Positions 25,929 through 39,302 of a DNA stretch of 64,000 nt are shown here, in pieces. The position numbers and the translations under genes were made by a program. Each line of letters begins with the position of its first letter. Position 1 is the first letter of the stretch. The notes beneath the pieces were generated by a model that searched no databases, was not told the DNA's origin, and saw nothing but the letters and a program-made list of their open reading frames with translations. The DNA is from Tubiluchus corallicola (Eukaryota > Animalia > Priapulida), in assembly GCA_030141605.1 (NCBI GenBank), contig JAQGDQ010000529.1, positions 51,578-115,577 on the forward strand, in the 5' to 3' direction.

Positions 25929-26207
25929 CAGTGGCGGATTATGATTTTATGGGCCTTAGGCTTGAGCTTGGAACGGGCCTTTTAAATGTTGCTACACTGC
26001 TGAGCTGACGTGTTTTTGTGGAACTCTCGTCGTTTGTAAGTTTGTTTAATTTTGTGAGTTTTTGCCCACCGATTGTGATAAAAATTATATCTTCTTGATC
26101 CTTGAGTTGTGGACTAGGACTATATAAACACGATTACAGCGATTATTTTGCCGGGCCCCTTTTGATCCCGGGCCTTAGGCTTCAGCCTATAGGGCTATCC
26201 GCTACAG
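25929..26207. mobile_element. hAT-like MITE (related to 35819-36211)
   Basis: Ends cagtggcggatta / tatccgctac, gggcc subterminal motifs, degenerate TSD cttacgct/tttacgct. Confidence 0.55.
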
Positions 26208-26367
26208 TTTACGCTTAACGAACCTGACTACCAGACTTTGATCTACAAACATTTACTGATGACAACTCCTCTAATCACCTTTGGTAAGATCACAAAAGCC
26301 TGTCTCTTTCATTATACTTAAGTTTACGCTTATCTCTTTCGAATGCTAGAACTGTCATTATTTTAAC

Positions 26368-26600
26368 AATAATAATAATAATTTCGTTTAGGACATAGTT
26401 CAGGGATAACACATTAAATAACTCAGTACTTATCTCCAAGGTGGACTCGATTATTACCCGCATGTTATTTTGATAAAAGGTCGAAGAAAGAACTAGTGGT
26501 ACAAATTTTTAAGTCTTTGGTATGATTCGGTGGGGTGTTGAACCCGCGACCTCTCGGGCAGGAAGTCAGCACTGTCATCAAGCTATGCTGCCCGGTACAG
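26368..26600 (-). mobile_element. tRNA-derived SINE
   Basis: Minus strand has B-box-like ggttcaacacc, then cataccaaagact core and (att)n tail; related copy at 47290-47520. Confidence 0.65.
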
Positions 26601-28018
26601 GTTTAACCCACTCTTTATGCTGCACCCCTTCTTGCTGCTGCTCTAACAAGCTGTAAAGGTGAGAAACTTGCTCCTCAAACAATTCTCACAAATCTGTGAC
26701 TTTCTGGAAAATGGTTGGCATTGGCAGAAGCGAGCGAAAGGTGGAACTTCACTCTGGTCTTCTCTCTACAATCCTAAGTGGCATATCTTTCCCAGGCATT
26801 TCGGAAAAAGCTTTAACTACCGAACAACACAGAGTTATTTGTGCACGGATTTGCGTCAACTTTCAGATATGAAGTACTACAATGACAGATCATTTTTGTG
26901 CTAAATTTTGGTTTCCTAACTGCTGTAAAAGTCGTCTGATCGTTGTAGATATAGTCTGGAATGTGAAGCATTACATTACTCTATTACTGATTTGCGTCAG
27001 CTTTGGTATACAAAGTACTACTATAACAGGGCATTTTTGTGCCAAATTTTAGTTTTCTAACTGTCATAAAAGTCAACAGATTGATACAGATCTTGTCAAA
27101 TAAGTGGATAAAATAGCTACGTAAAAAGCTACACTGTTTAAGATTTGCTGGACACTGATAGCTGATTATTGAAATGTTTTACGATCTTTATTACATTGTC
27201 TGATTTTGATTTGTGCTCATTTATTTCTGCCTTTTTCTTGTCATCCTCATTGACGTTTAACGTCTGTTCGTCTTCATTTGATCTATACCCATTTGGATTT
27301 AATGTCTGAAATTTCCACATGTGTGCACCTTGCATCGTTTTACTTGGTTACTTTTAACTTACTGCACTTTGTTGTCCGCTAACTTACCTGTTTTGCTTTT
27401 ACCAAATTTGTACAAAAATTTATTTTGTCTCACATGGGATATTGCATGCAATAAGTTGAAGCACTTGCTACAAGACGTTGTATACACACCATTGTCCAAT
27501 TAACGGTCAAATTAACAGTCAAATTAACGTAAAAACAAGTTTTCCTTAATTAAAAGAGCAAACCATAACTTAAAATTTGACACTAATTTTATTAAATTTC
27601 ATGGTTTCCTTCCTAACGAAATCGGGCCTCGAAGTTGCATTTGGTTCGGTTTTGCTCGTGAGCTTTGCAAAATCACAGGCTAAACAAATGTGCAAGCAAC
27701 AGCTACCTTGGATACCGCGTTCTTTCTGCAATGCTGAATTTGTTGAGAATGCTACACAGCCAAATGTGATACATGATAACGAAACTCATATGCTGGCTAA
27801 GTAACTAAGTCAGTAACTAAGGACTAAGGAGTTCCTGGCATCATCTAATGAGTAAAACATGCGAAATGAAGTTCCAGACTTTCTTCGGACACCTTCACAC
27901 CAGATTTCCTTTTGCCACCAAGAAAAAGTTAAAAGTATCAGAAAATCTTGGAACATTTTCTTTCTGTTTTTTGCGTAATGCTGAAACTTCATAAAAAACT
28001 GCATTTGACCTCTAAATA

Positions 28019-28343
28019 CTATCAACCCTCGTTAAACTGGACTAATTGGGGGGGGGTCCGGTTTAGCCGATTGTCTGATTTATCCGATATGCCTATATAT
28101 GGTCTATATTATACAGGAATAATCACCTTAATAAGGCCTATATACATTGCACTATATACTATACTGTATATTACTTTAAAATAGTTAACCTGTGACGATA
28201 AAGAAATTATTTTACAGTTGGTAGGCCGTGTTGTGTTTAGCACCCCGGCTCGGACGGAAATCAGTCAGTTTCCTTTACCACGGATGACATCCGTCTTATC
28301 CGATATCCGGGCTAATGGGGTCCGGTTTAACGAGGGACAACTG
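28019..28343. mobile_element. pogo/Tigger-type MITE, copy 1
   Basis: TIR caaccctcgttaaa..ggac / gtccggtttaacgaggg..ctg; TA flanks; near-identical to 33276-33598. Confidence 0.85.
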
Positions 28344-28452
28344 TATATGAGAATGATTTGATAGCTACATAATTAGGAGAATTCTAATTGGAAATGTCGT
28401 AGAACAGACGTGATTCTAATGGCAGTTTGTTTCAAGTATCCAAGGAACTTAC

Positions 28453-28590
28453 GCATGAAGCACAACACTTTCTTAGCAAACGTGTAGTTCACTATGAACA
28501 TGAGAACTGCCAGCAGAGGCAGACCAATCAAGATCCCTTTGGTAAGAATTCCTTTCCATCCCGACCACGGAAAACCCTCCGTCAGCCCAC
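28453..28590 (-). CDS. Ig receptor exon 8: transmembrane segment (GGLTEGFPWSGWKGILTKGILIGLPLLAVLMFIVNYTFAKKVLCFM)
   Basis: ttcttacag acceptor, GTAAGT donor, phase 1-1; hydrophobic stretch followed by KK and LCF. Confidence 0.9.
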
Positions 28591-29659
28591 CTGTAAGAAT
28601 TATGGAAATAATGAAGTGCTTGTTGTCACAAATCAGTCATCAATACAAACGACAATGGCTGCTGCTATAATGACATTGTACAAGTTCTCATCCACAAATC
28701 AGTTTCACCATTTAGGAAAAAAAATGTGATACTGACCACTTTTTTCTTGTGACATTTAATACTGACGATTATGGAAATTTGACTCTAAAGCGGTGACTCC
28801 ATGTGCATAATATGTGATCCACAATCCGTAATGGGTGTCACATGACCTGTGATCCCTAATACGTGATGCGTATTGACTGTTTCTATGTGTCTGTGGACGC
28901 TATACGTACTAACAAAGCTAACAGTGCTCATTCTGCCATTTTTGGTCACTGTTTTTGAAAATTGCAAATCATTTTTTTCGAGAGCCATGCCTCTTTCGAA
29001 ATTTCAGCGAAACAGTGAATAAGACATAATTACAGCAGTGGCATTAGCTTATTATTGTACTATTAGACGGAAAAGGAAATGCAGGTTTTTGGGTGCACAA
29101 AATTTGGAAGGGGAGAGAACAATACAGCATGTATCATCGTGTATCATAACTAGATGCATAATACATAATTATACACTTTTTTCACCCCTCAATAGCTCAA
29201 ACAGAAGAAATACTGTGTTCACATCTTGAAGTGACCAAAACTCACCTAGCCAGAATTTCCAGAAAAAGAATGAACGAGGATGGTCACCGAAAACTTGAAA
29301 ACTCACTAAATCTTCTAGATTACGACAGTTTCCCTTAAGGGCTGCGTCTGCGTGTTGCTCTGTGATACGTTTTCGGATGATGGAGTTCATGTTCGAACGA
29401 ATATGGATTACGCATTACTTACACATGAAAACACTTCCAAACTGATGTATACGTATTAAGGAGCACACATCACGTTCACTTGAAGTTGTACCTTAAGGGC
29501 TGCTTCTGCCTATTGCTTATGTGTGTGTTGTCATTCATCAGTACGCAGCTCCAGTGACAGTTTTTTAAAAAATTCATTTGAGGTGGTAAAAATCTTTAAA
29601 GTAAATGTTTAGATTTGCTTGCATCATCATTTTTGGTAATCACAGTTTTATGCTTAAGC

Positions 29660-30280
29660 TTCATGCCAAGTTAGACACATGCACATTTCATGCCAAGTTA
29701 GCCACATGCACCTTTCATGCCAAGTTAGCCACATGCACCTGTCATGCCAAGTTAGCCACATGCACCTGTCATGCCAAGTTAGCCACATGCACCTTTCATG
29801 CCAAGTTAGACACATGCACCTTTCATGCCAAGTTAGACACATGCACCTTTCATGCCAAGTTAGACACATGCACCTGTCATGCCAAGTTAGACACATGCAC
29901 CTGTCATGCCGAGTTACCCTCATGCACCTTTCATGCCAAGTTAGCCACATGCATCTTTCATGCCAAGTTAGCCACATGCACCTTTCATGCCGAGTTACCC
30001 ACATGCACCTTTCATGCCAAGTTAGCCACACGTACCTTTCATGCCAAGTTGGACAAGTTAGCCACATGTACCTTTCATGGAAAGTTGGACAAGTTAGCCA
30101 CATGTACCTTTCATGCCAAGTTAGCCACATGTACCTTTCATGCCAAGTTGGACAAGTTAGCCACATGTACCTTTCATGGAAAGTTGGACAAGTTAGCCAC
30201 ATGTACCTTTCATGCCAAGTTAGCCACATGCATCTTTCATGCCAAGTTAGCCACGTGCACCTTTCATGTCAAGTTAACCA
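29660..30280. repeat. 27-bp minisatellite (ttcatgccaagttagccacatgcacct), about 22 copies with 9-bp insertion variants
   Basis: Tandem periodicity; explains ORFs in three frames. Confidence 0.95.
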
Positions 30281-30315
30281 CCTGCATATCTTACCTCATG
30301 CAAGCAAAGACTTAC

Positions 30316-30645
30316 CAACAATGATAGAAAACTTCACATGTTGCTTTCCATTATACACAGTCAAGTAGTACGTCTTCATGTCGTCCTTAACAGCATTCTC
30401 TATTAGCAGCATGGCATTGTAATGGATATCTCGAAAATTTTTGATAGTGCCCATGATACGTCCTGACTTGTCCTTCGGGGAGAAGTCGGGCCAACGAGGC
30501 AAAAAGAGCTCCTCGCCGTCTTCCCAGTCCCATTTTGCGAAGTGCCATGGTGGCTGACAGAAAAAGTTCAGGGTTATGTTTAGACTTCCACCGAGTTCAC
30601 CTTTAAAATCACCCGCTTTCTTTCCTGCCACCAGAGTTGGCAGAC
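30316..30645 (-). CDS. Ig receptor exon 7: membrane-proximal atypical Ig domain
   Basis: 330 nt, phase 1-1; NITLNFFCQPP..W.W...YNAMLLIENAVKDDMKTYYLTVYN resembles the fasciclin-3 juxtamembrane domain pattern. Confidence 0.9.
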
Positions 30646-31934
30646 CTGTTTATAAATTTAAAAAATACTTAGTGAAAAAATGATTATTGCATTCAGAACT
30701 TTGCGGAACATGTCACAAGGAATGACCCTGGTGTAGACTCGGCAGGTTTCGAAAAACTAAAGGAAAAAAATCATCATTTTTGGCCATTTTCATGTTTTTT
30801 TTTGCAAAATTGCATACAAAAAAAAATGGTGCTTTGTGGGGGTCTTGCAGGGAGCTCTATGACTGTTCAGAAAGAGGAAAACGGGGTTACATAACGAGGC
30901 GGGCTGTTTATAAGTATCTCCACTAGAGAATCTCCACAGCCCACAGGAGTAAGATAGTTCTAAGTTCTATATCATCCACTATATTCTGCCTAAAATTTCT
31001 GCTTATAAGGTTTCTTATGCAAACAGGTCATATCTATCAGTCAGGCTGTCAGGTTTACGATTGTTGGTTATTGCTGTGAATGCTGCTGTACTTTGCTGAA
31101 TTCAGTATTTTGTTTTGACGAGGTTAAATGAAAGTCTCCAGTGCAGCAAGCAACCAATCAATACACTGATTGATAACAATGAACCACGAACCCAGTAACA
31201 GCAAAGTAGCTGACTCAATGTTTTTGTGCATTTTTGTGAAACTTTGGCCGTTCGTCCACATTCTAGAGACCGTAAGTTAAACATAAGAAAACTAATGAAT
31301 TTCTGACCATGTTAGCTTTGTGCAGTTACCTTGTGGTTTGTGATGCTGTCTTGTGTATGATTCGTAGAATAAATTATATCCAATTAAATATTACCGCGAC
31401 AGTTTATAATAAGCCTTTTCACAGTTTTGCTATGCGCACACACAATTCCTGTAGGTCAAAGGTTAACTGAACCCAGTGCGTCTTACTTAACTACAACGGT
31501 CATGTGATCTTATGCACGTAACTACGTTGGTTATAATGTGGTTATTTTTATTATATGCTAACAAGTTATTCTTATCTGAAAACAACTAGCAAAATGGCAG
31601 CAGCAACCCACGTAAAATGAAGTAATTGAAGCAAAAATTAACGCCAAGACCTGCTACTATTACAGTAGCATGCAGACCTTACAATATTACACTCCCGTGG
31701 GCTATCTAGGGGAGACATTTACGAATGACTATCCTAGTTTTTCGCTTTCTGAAACTCCCTCCAAGACCTCCATAAAGCACTGTATTTTTTTTAATGCAAC
31801 AGCATTGGCTGCGAATCATTGCTAAGTGTAAACAAATGCGTTGTCTGGTACGCTTGACGTTTGACTTTTTCACGATCATGATCAATCGCTGGAACTGTGA
31901 AAAGGCTTATTAACTTTAAAAAATTGCTATTTAC

Positions 31935-32243
31935 AGTATGCTTGTGCAGTGTGCCACACTTCCGTTTCCGCAGTTGCAACTTTGAGAGTGTAATTAATGG
32001 CGATATCTCTAGCTTTCACGTAATATATCGTAAGGTTAACATTGTAGCAGTAATCCTTCGTCGTCTGTTGCTTAGTCAGTGTGGAGTGGTACTTGGAGGT
32101 GGTCGTATTTCCTACAGACAAGTGTTTAAGGTTCAAGCCTTTCCATTCAGTGAATACGAGCTCATGTACTAAGCAAAACGGTACAGAGATGACGGCAGCT
32201 CGGTGAACTCCTACCCACGTATTTATGTAGAAACTGTCATTTG
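31935..32243 (-). CDS. Ig receptor exon 6: atypical Ig domain
   Basis: 309 nt, phase 1-1; AVISVPFC..EW...CYNVNLTIYYVKARD..NYTLKV. Confidence 0.85.
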
Positions 32244-32358
32244 CTAGAAAAAGACATTTTATAAAGTGTAAATTACCATGAAAGATTGTTAAATAGATAC
32301 CTGCCAATTTTAAAACTACAGTATAAATGCAAGTTTGTTTGTAGCTTCATTATAATTT

Positions 32359-33100
32359 ACAGTCACACCTTTTTATACTGGCTAGTTTGGGACTGCAAAA
32401 AAGGAGGTGTTAAAGGACAAGAAAAGAGGTACCTGAAGTAGGTTTCAAAAAAATTGCCTTAAAAAATTATACTACTTTACAGCAATTTTATGCACATATC
32501 GTATTCACGTCGAAAGGAATTTTTGTTTGTTTTCATTTTAAACATCCTGCAATACTGTTCCGACGGGCGCCATTACATGACGTCACTACGCCACGTAAAT
32601 TAGGGGAAGAAAAGGCAATGTTAAATTATGTCTCAAGAAATTCTGTGCAAATCTATATTACTTAGCATTACATTTACCTGCTGGAAAGACTTATGTAACT
32701 AGACTTATAATTTAAAATGTTTGTGCTAATTGGTAAAATGTCGCTGACTCACCCTCCAGGGTGTGCCAATCACGAGAAAAACCCATTTTTAATCTTCTTG
32801 ACAAGATACAGTAATTTAAAATTTTACTTAATTAGCAGCATGTATGCTAAGATTACTTTTTCACACTTTATATAATGATATCAAAACTTGTTTCAAACAA
32901 CCTACCATTAAAATGGCTGCACCTAACAGTCATTGCGGGAGTTTAAATTTACACGTTTTATACAGCATTACGGCTGATTTAAGCCATGCATTCGAAAAGG
33001 TAGTATGTAAGTGGTATAAAAAATTTTAAGCTTTACGTAAGTTCAGGGTTTTCTTGTGCTTTAAGTGAGTTTGGCATTACAACGAGGCGTATTCATAAAT
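32359..33100. mobile_element. Dispersed repeat, probably a DNA-transposon relic; diverged second copy at about 34320-35450 interrupted by a MITE
   Basis: Shared blocks aaggacaagaaaa..gtacctgaagtag, tacctgct.gaaagactt.tgtaactaga, ctgactcaccctccagggtg; partial inverted copy near 57170-57270. Confidence 0.6.
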
Positions 33101-33275
33101 ACAGTCTATACAAACATAGATATTTTGTTTTGCCAAACATATGAGCATCAAGCAAAGTTGTCGTTATAAAGGAAGCGTTATAACGAGGTTTAGCGTTGTT
33201 CAATACAAGAATCAATGATATTAGTTAATAAAAATATCTATAGTAATTTATCATGATGTGATGAATAACAAATTA

Positions 33276-33598
33276 CAGTCAACCCTCGTTAAACCGGACT
33301 AATTTGGGGTGGGTGGGTAGTCCGGTTTAGCCGATTGTCCGATATGCCTATATATGGTCTATATTATACAGGAATAATCACCTTAATAAGGCCTATATAC
33401 ATTGCACTATATACTTTACTGTATATTACTATAAAATAGTTAACCTGTGAGGATAAAGAAATTATTGTACAGTTGGTAGGCCGTGTTGTGTTTAGCGCTC
33501 CGGCTCGGTCGGAAATCAGTCAGTTTCTTTTACCACGGATGACGTCCGTCTTATCCGATATCCGGGCTAACGGGGTCCGGTTTAACGAGGGTCGACTG
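33276..33598. mobile_element. pogo/Tigger-type MITE, copy 2
   Basis: ta-cagtcaaccctcgttaaaccggac ... gtccggtttaacgagggtcgactg-ta. Confidence 0.9.
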
Positions 33599-33902
33599 TA
33601 TAAAAATTACTACAGTTCTGATTGGCAAAAAGGTGGCAAAGAACAAAATGTTATCAAATTCAACCACCTTATCAGATATGTTACCATGAGTTAGTTAAGT
33701 GCACAATTGTCAATAAGAGTTACTTTAATTACAACTCAATTTACTTATGAAACATCATTTAGTTTACTGAGCCAGTCTGAGATAATTTATTTGAAATTTG
33801 CACAACTGAACAATAGGAAATTATAAACATACGTAGCATATCATAATATCATAACATTTAAGTTATTTAACACTTTGTGCCATCCGTAAACTGCACACTC
33901 AC

Positions 33903-34181
33903 TCTGATAAACTTTAATCAGCACTTTCCTTATACCGCTGCCGAAACTGTTAAGCGCCAAACACTTGTACTCCCCTCCATCAGTGAGTGCAACAGCTTCT
34001 ATTCGGAGATGCTTTCCCAGGATCGGCTCTGCAAATAGCGGACCCGTCCACTTGTAGGAAGCTTCCGGATTCGCTTCTGCGGAACAAAGCAGTTCCATTG
34101 TGGTACTGTACTCGACACCCCAGGTCATTCCCAGTTCGGTTTTGTTAGTGTCTTTTATACGAACCGAATCCTCCACAAAAT
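33903..34181 (-). CDS. Ig receptor exon 5: C2/I-set Ig domain
   Basis: LLCSAEANPEASYKW...DGGEYKCLALNSFG; ttcttcag acceptor, GTGAGT donor, phase 1-1. Confidence 0.93.
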
Positions 34182-34643
34182 CTGAAGAAAAAAATACAAT
34201 TATCGTACGACAATATTCACAATAAAAATATACATTTCAAGTAAATATGTGGCTGGTTAAAATTTGATACAGTAGCTAAAAAAACAAGTCCATTTTAATT
34301 GTAATTTTTTTTAAATTTAGTGAAAAGCTTGAAGGACAAGAAAAAGGGTACCTGAAGTAGTTTACAGAAAAATCGCCTTAAAAAATTGTATTACTTTACG
34401 GCAATTTTATGCACATGTCTCACTCACATTGAAAGGATTTTTGTTTGTTTTCATTTCAAATCTTCCGCAACACTGTTTCGATTACGTTATTACATGGCGT
34501 CATATCCACACAACGTAAATCACGGAAAGAAAAGGAAATGTTAAATTATGTCCCAAAAAACATTTCATGCAAAGTTACGTTAATTAGCGTTTCGCTTACC
34601 TGCTTGAAAGACTTGTGTAACTAGAAAAGAAAATTATTAATTA

Positions 34644-35135
34644 CCATATATACTTATGTACAAGTCGAATTTTTGGGAGGCGATTTTAGTGTGAAATTTT
34701 TGGTGTCGACTTATACTTACGATATGTTTTTGGGAGGTCTCAGTAAAGAGTCGTCTACAATACGAATATGTTGAAATGTTACGACGGATCCTGACCGCGA
34801 TATCCTAGGGCTAAAGGCATTACAAACAATTATGCACAATGAAAGGCCAGGCTGCATTATCATGGATTGCATTGAGGGCCCTCAACATGAATATATATAT
34901 ATATATACATCGGGTAGGTATAATATACTCGGCCCAGGCACTTGCATGTATCTTACACACTAACACATTAGGCTATTGATTTATTACTCGGCCATCGTTG
35001 ACATCATTTACTCTGGAAGATCTTAATATTTTATGGCCGACTTGTACACAGGTAATATGTAAAATGACTCAATTTTTGGTCTTAAAATGCACATCGACTT
35101 GTACATAAGGTCAACTTGTACACACGTATATACAG
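34644..35135. mobile_element. Tc1/mariner-type MITE nested in an older repeat
   Basis: ta-ccatatatacttatgtacaagtcga ... tcaacttgtacacacgtatatacag-ta; removing it restores colinearity with the 32.7-kb copy. Confidence 0.7.
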
Positions 35136-35818
35136 TATTTAAAATGCTTTCACCAATTGGCAAAATGTCTCTGACTCACCCTCCAGGGTGCACCACTCAC
35201 TAACCAAAAACTTGTTTTTAATCTTATTGACAAAATACAGTAATTTAACAGTTTACTCAGTTAGTGACCTGTGCACTACGAATGCTCTGATTATTTGTCA
35301 CTCAGTGTTATCTAAACTTGTTTCAAATGAGTTATCGTCAAAATGACTATGTCTAACGGCCATCGTGGGAGGATCACGTGCTTTATACAGCATTACTGCC
35401 AAAGCAAGTCCTGTATACAAAAAGGCAGTACATAAGTGATATAAAATCTCTATAAAAGCTTTATGTAGGTGGATGGTTTTCTTGTATTTCAAACCTACAT
35501 TAACCAATTACATAAATCATTTTATCACATGCTGGAGTCGCTGATTTGTTATAACTACATTTCTATAAACATATTTATTTTTCATAACCTCTGGTATACA
35601 GAAAAAAAACTTATTGACATATCTTACGAATGAGTAAGTATTTCAATACAAAGCTGAGACATTTACAATTAGATATTTGTATTTACAGTGAAAGTGCATC
35701 ACCTACAATCTAGCGATACAAACATTTGCTAAATCGACTTGTAACTTTTACAAATTCCCAAGTTATATCAAAAATAGTTTTATTTTGGTCAAGATTAAAA
35801 AGTAAATTACCATGTAAT

Positions 35819-36211
35819 CAGAGTCAGATTATGACTCTTTGGGGCCCTTGCCTAATGAAATTGTAGAGCCCCCTCAGACGGAGCCACCTCTAATTTGCTC
35901 ACACCCATCTCGAATATTTTTGACTTGTGATATATTTTAACAATATTTGCATAACTGGAGGCCCCATATGTCAAATAAATGGCTTCAAAGAGGGGCCCTT
36001 ATTTCAAATAAAGGGCATCAAAAGGCCTCAAAGGGGGATCCAGATGAGGAGCCACTTTAATATGGATTTTCAGAGTTCCTGGCCTTTTCTAAAGTTGAAA
36101 CTTTATTGTAAGTTATATGTATGAATTATTCAGCAAGGCACAGTATGGGCCCCCAAGCTTGAAGGTCTCTAGGCTGCAGTTTATACTAGCCTATGGGGTA
36201 ATCCAGCCCTG
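35819..36211. mobile_element. hAT MITE
   Basis: Perfect 8-bp TSD catgtaat; ends cagagtcagatta / taatccagccctg. Confidence 0.8.
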
Positions 36212-36435
36212 CATGTAATATAGTAAAAATTTGAGTTTCTATTATTAATTCATCAATAGTTTTATTTTAATGTCACTAACGAAAATGTGTTCGTTTGATC
36301 ACCATTTGTGAAAGTCATTTTGAAGTTGTTGTTCACTCACTTTGTTATGATTGAGTTTAGGCACAGAAGTATGAATAGGAATAAAAATCTATAATACATA
36401 TTTGCACTGCACACAACAGAAAAGTGTTTATTAAA

Positions 36436-37176
36436 CTACAGAAACATGAGTAGCACAACTGCTGCACTGACCACTGAAAGTGAGAGTGAGAGTCTACAGA
36501 AACATGAGTAGCACAACTGCTGCACTGACCACTGAAAGTGAGAGTGAGAGTCTACAGAAACATGAGTAGCACAACTGCTGCACTGACCACTGAAAGTGAG
36601 AGTGAGAGTCTACAGAAACATGAGTAGCACAACTGCTGCACTGACCACTGAGAGTGAGAGTCTACAGAAACATGAGTAGCACAACTACTGCACTGACCAC
36701 TGAGAGTGAGAGTCTACAGAAACATGAGTAGCACAACTACTGCACTGACCACTGAGAGTGAGAGTCTACAGAAACATGAGTAGCACTACTGCTGCACTGA
36801 ACACTGAGAGTGAGAGTCTACAGAAACATGAGTAGCACAACTGCTGCACTGACCACTGAGAGTGAGAGTCTACAGAAACATGAGTAGCACAACTGCTGCA
36901 CTGACCACTGAGAGTGAGAGTCTACAGAAACATGAGTAGCACAACTACTGCACTGACCACTGAGAGTGAGAGTCTACAGAAACATGAGTAGCACAACTGC
37001 TGCACTGACCACTGAAAGTGAGAGTGAGAGTCTACAGAAACATGAGTAGCACAACTACTGCACTGACCACTGAGAGTGAGAGTCTACAGAAACATGAGTA
37101 GCACAACTACTGCACTGACCACTGAGAGTGAGAGTCTACAGAAACATGAGTAGCACAACTGCTGCACTGACCACTG
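36436..37176. repeat. 52/58-bp minisatellite (ctacagaaacatgagtagcacaactgctgcactgaccactgagagtgagagt), about 13-14 copies
   Basis: Tandem periodicity. Confidence 0.95.
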
Positions 37177-37493
37177 CAGCTCTGGGGCTAACGTTAAGTA
37201 TTACCAAGACTAGTTAACGAACGGATGGCTGACTGCCGAATTCAATATTCGCTTTGGTTGATTTCATTCACTGTAGGTGCACTCATTTTAGTTGGTTATC
37301 TCGCTGAGGGAAGAATTCACATCTAAAAGTGGCTGAAACACTTTTGCTACGATAGTGAGCCAGGTCCAGTGTTGCTACACTTAACTACTTTCATCAGACC
37401 CTGCTGATGAATACCGGTATTCTAACTCGCATCGTGACGAGTTGTAAAAATGCAATACATGGCGTGATATGTGTTTGTGACAGTGATACTTAC

Positions 37494-37700
37494 ATAAGAC
37501 ATCCAGTGTCGTATTGAGATAAATTTCACCAAGTTTATCGTGTATAAAGATTTCACACGACAGCAGTTTTCCATCATCTCCGGTTTTCCCAGCCTTAAAC
37601 TTGTACGTCAAGGTGCTCACGCCAGTCCATAACAAAGTCGTGCTATTTTGCCTTATATTTGGAGTTGGATAATACAACCAATCTTCCAGCTTTACATCAT
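37494..37700 (-). CDS. Ig receptor exon 4: second half of Ig domain 2
   Basis: ...STLTYKFKAGKTGDDGKLLSCEI...LNTTLDVL; phase 1-1; GTAAGT donor. Confidence 0.9.
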
Positions 37701-37909
37701 CTATGAAAAGGTTGGATCGACTTGCATTAGTTTAACTGAAAATTTGTCTAGTAGACATGCAGATTAGTACTTAATAATTTGCTTGAAAAAAATCATTGTT
37801 CTTGTCTGAGCAACATGCGCAGCAGTTTAGATTTACAACTGACATGCTAACAGAATCATGAGTACAATTTTATCAGAATTAATCTAAACCTAGATGTTAA
37901 CATCTATAT

Positions 37910-38371
37910 CAGGGATGTGCAAATTGTGCGGCACGAGAAGAGGTTTGTCAACCTAATGAAAGTGCGGCCCGGGCGATTAATTGAGTGTATCCAGCTGAAG
38001 TCCGTACCACGATCCCAAAGATAGCGCGGGTAGTTTTTTCTACTAGATCGGATGCCATTAACCCTTACAAGACGGTTGTAGCTAAATATCACTGTACTGC
38101 ACAGACTGTGTGATACACATTAGTAATATGCATTGTAATGAAATTACCACTATCTGTCCTGAAAGTAGAAATATATGGTTTGTAATATAAATTTTAGTAA
38201 CTTCTAAAATAGTTTCTTGAGTGTAGTAGTAATGATGTACGCAGGTCGGATGCAAAAAAATCGTTATTAGGCCTTTCTGTACTTGGCTCCTTGATCAAAC
38301 TGCTCGTGGCCCGCAGGAATTGCGGGAAAGTTTAATGCGGCCCGGCTAGTCAGATAATTTGCACACCCCTG
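37910..38371. mobile_element. hAT (Charlie-like) MITE, copy 1
   Basis: TIR caggg.tgtgcaaatt / aatttgcacacccctg; 8-bp TSD atctatat; inverted copy at 50187-50688. Confidence 0.93.
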
Positions 38372-39149
38372 ATCTATATCATGACAAAGATGTGCTTACG
38401 TCATGATATGATACATATCATGATACACATGAGTAAAAATGTTCGCAGGCTTTGTAGAAAAATTAGGTGAAATTAGGTTTATAGAAAAAGAAATGATAAA
38501 AAAACATTTTGTTCATCAACCGTTTTATGATTGCTAAATGCTAAATTAACTCAATTAACTGTTGGATTTTTATTTATTACTTGTGTAAGGCGTAGGCTAC
38601 TGTTTTCGTTGTAAGCCGCCAGAAAAGCAAAACATATCAATATTTTAAGTTTAAAAGCTGCTTGTGCATTTTCTGGTTCACATTTTACATTTTACAAGTT
38701 TATTTACAAACACTGTAATTAGCCAACATATTTATTTTTGTCCCAATACGATACATTTATTTTTGTGCCTGATATATAATAAATAAATAGCCTACTACAG
38801 ATTAAACACCTTGCATTTCTAACCACTTTGGCTGCTAGCAGTGCCTGTGTTAAGTCCACTACTACTCACTGCACTGACTGAGAGCTATCTATTTACCATT
38901 ACTACAGTTTGAATCTCCTCAAATCATTTTTATCTGCATATGGTCAAGCACAAGCTGACCCTACTGACCATCACTGACTCAGATTATCACGATACGGGTG
39001 CACTTTGACGATACAAATATCGTAATAAAAGACATTAGGACGTTTTGACACAACGATGTGTCGTTACAGACCTACAAAGAGGTACAAAGAATTATATATC
39101 TGATCTAAAAATGACCAGCCATGTAAGGTGAAAGTTGTTTAATACATAC

Positions 39150-39302
39150 TGAGATACCATTTGAAGACAGGCTGTACTGTGCTATCCAGCACTGCACACA
39201 TAATGCTTACAGGTTGGTCATCTTTATCTCCTGCCTCTAGAGTTACAGTTTTGTCTGCAATATCCTTATTGTTCAACTTCAAGTGCGATCCTCCAGTCAC
39301 AG
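39150..39302 (-). CDS. Ig receptor exon 3: first half of Ig domain 2
   Basis: AVTGGSHLKLNNKDIADKTVTLEAGDKDDQPVSIMCAVLDSTVQPVFKWYL; 153 nt, phase 1-1; GTATGT donor. Confidence 0.88.

Noticed and set aside
27138-27390. Charged minus-strand ORF and a CAG/GTAAGT donor as another cytoplasmic exon of the Ig gene
   Set aside because: No phase-1 acceptor with a polypyrimidine tract joins it to the TM exon; in-frame stop just upstream. Needs RNA data.
29605-30368. His/Cys-rich repeat proteins (FHAKLATCT etc.)
   Set aside because: 27-bp intronic minisatellite open in several frames on both strands.
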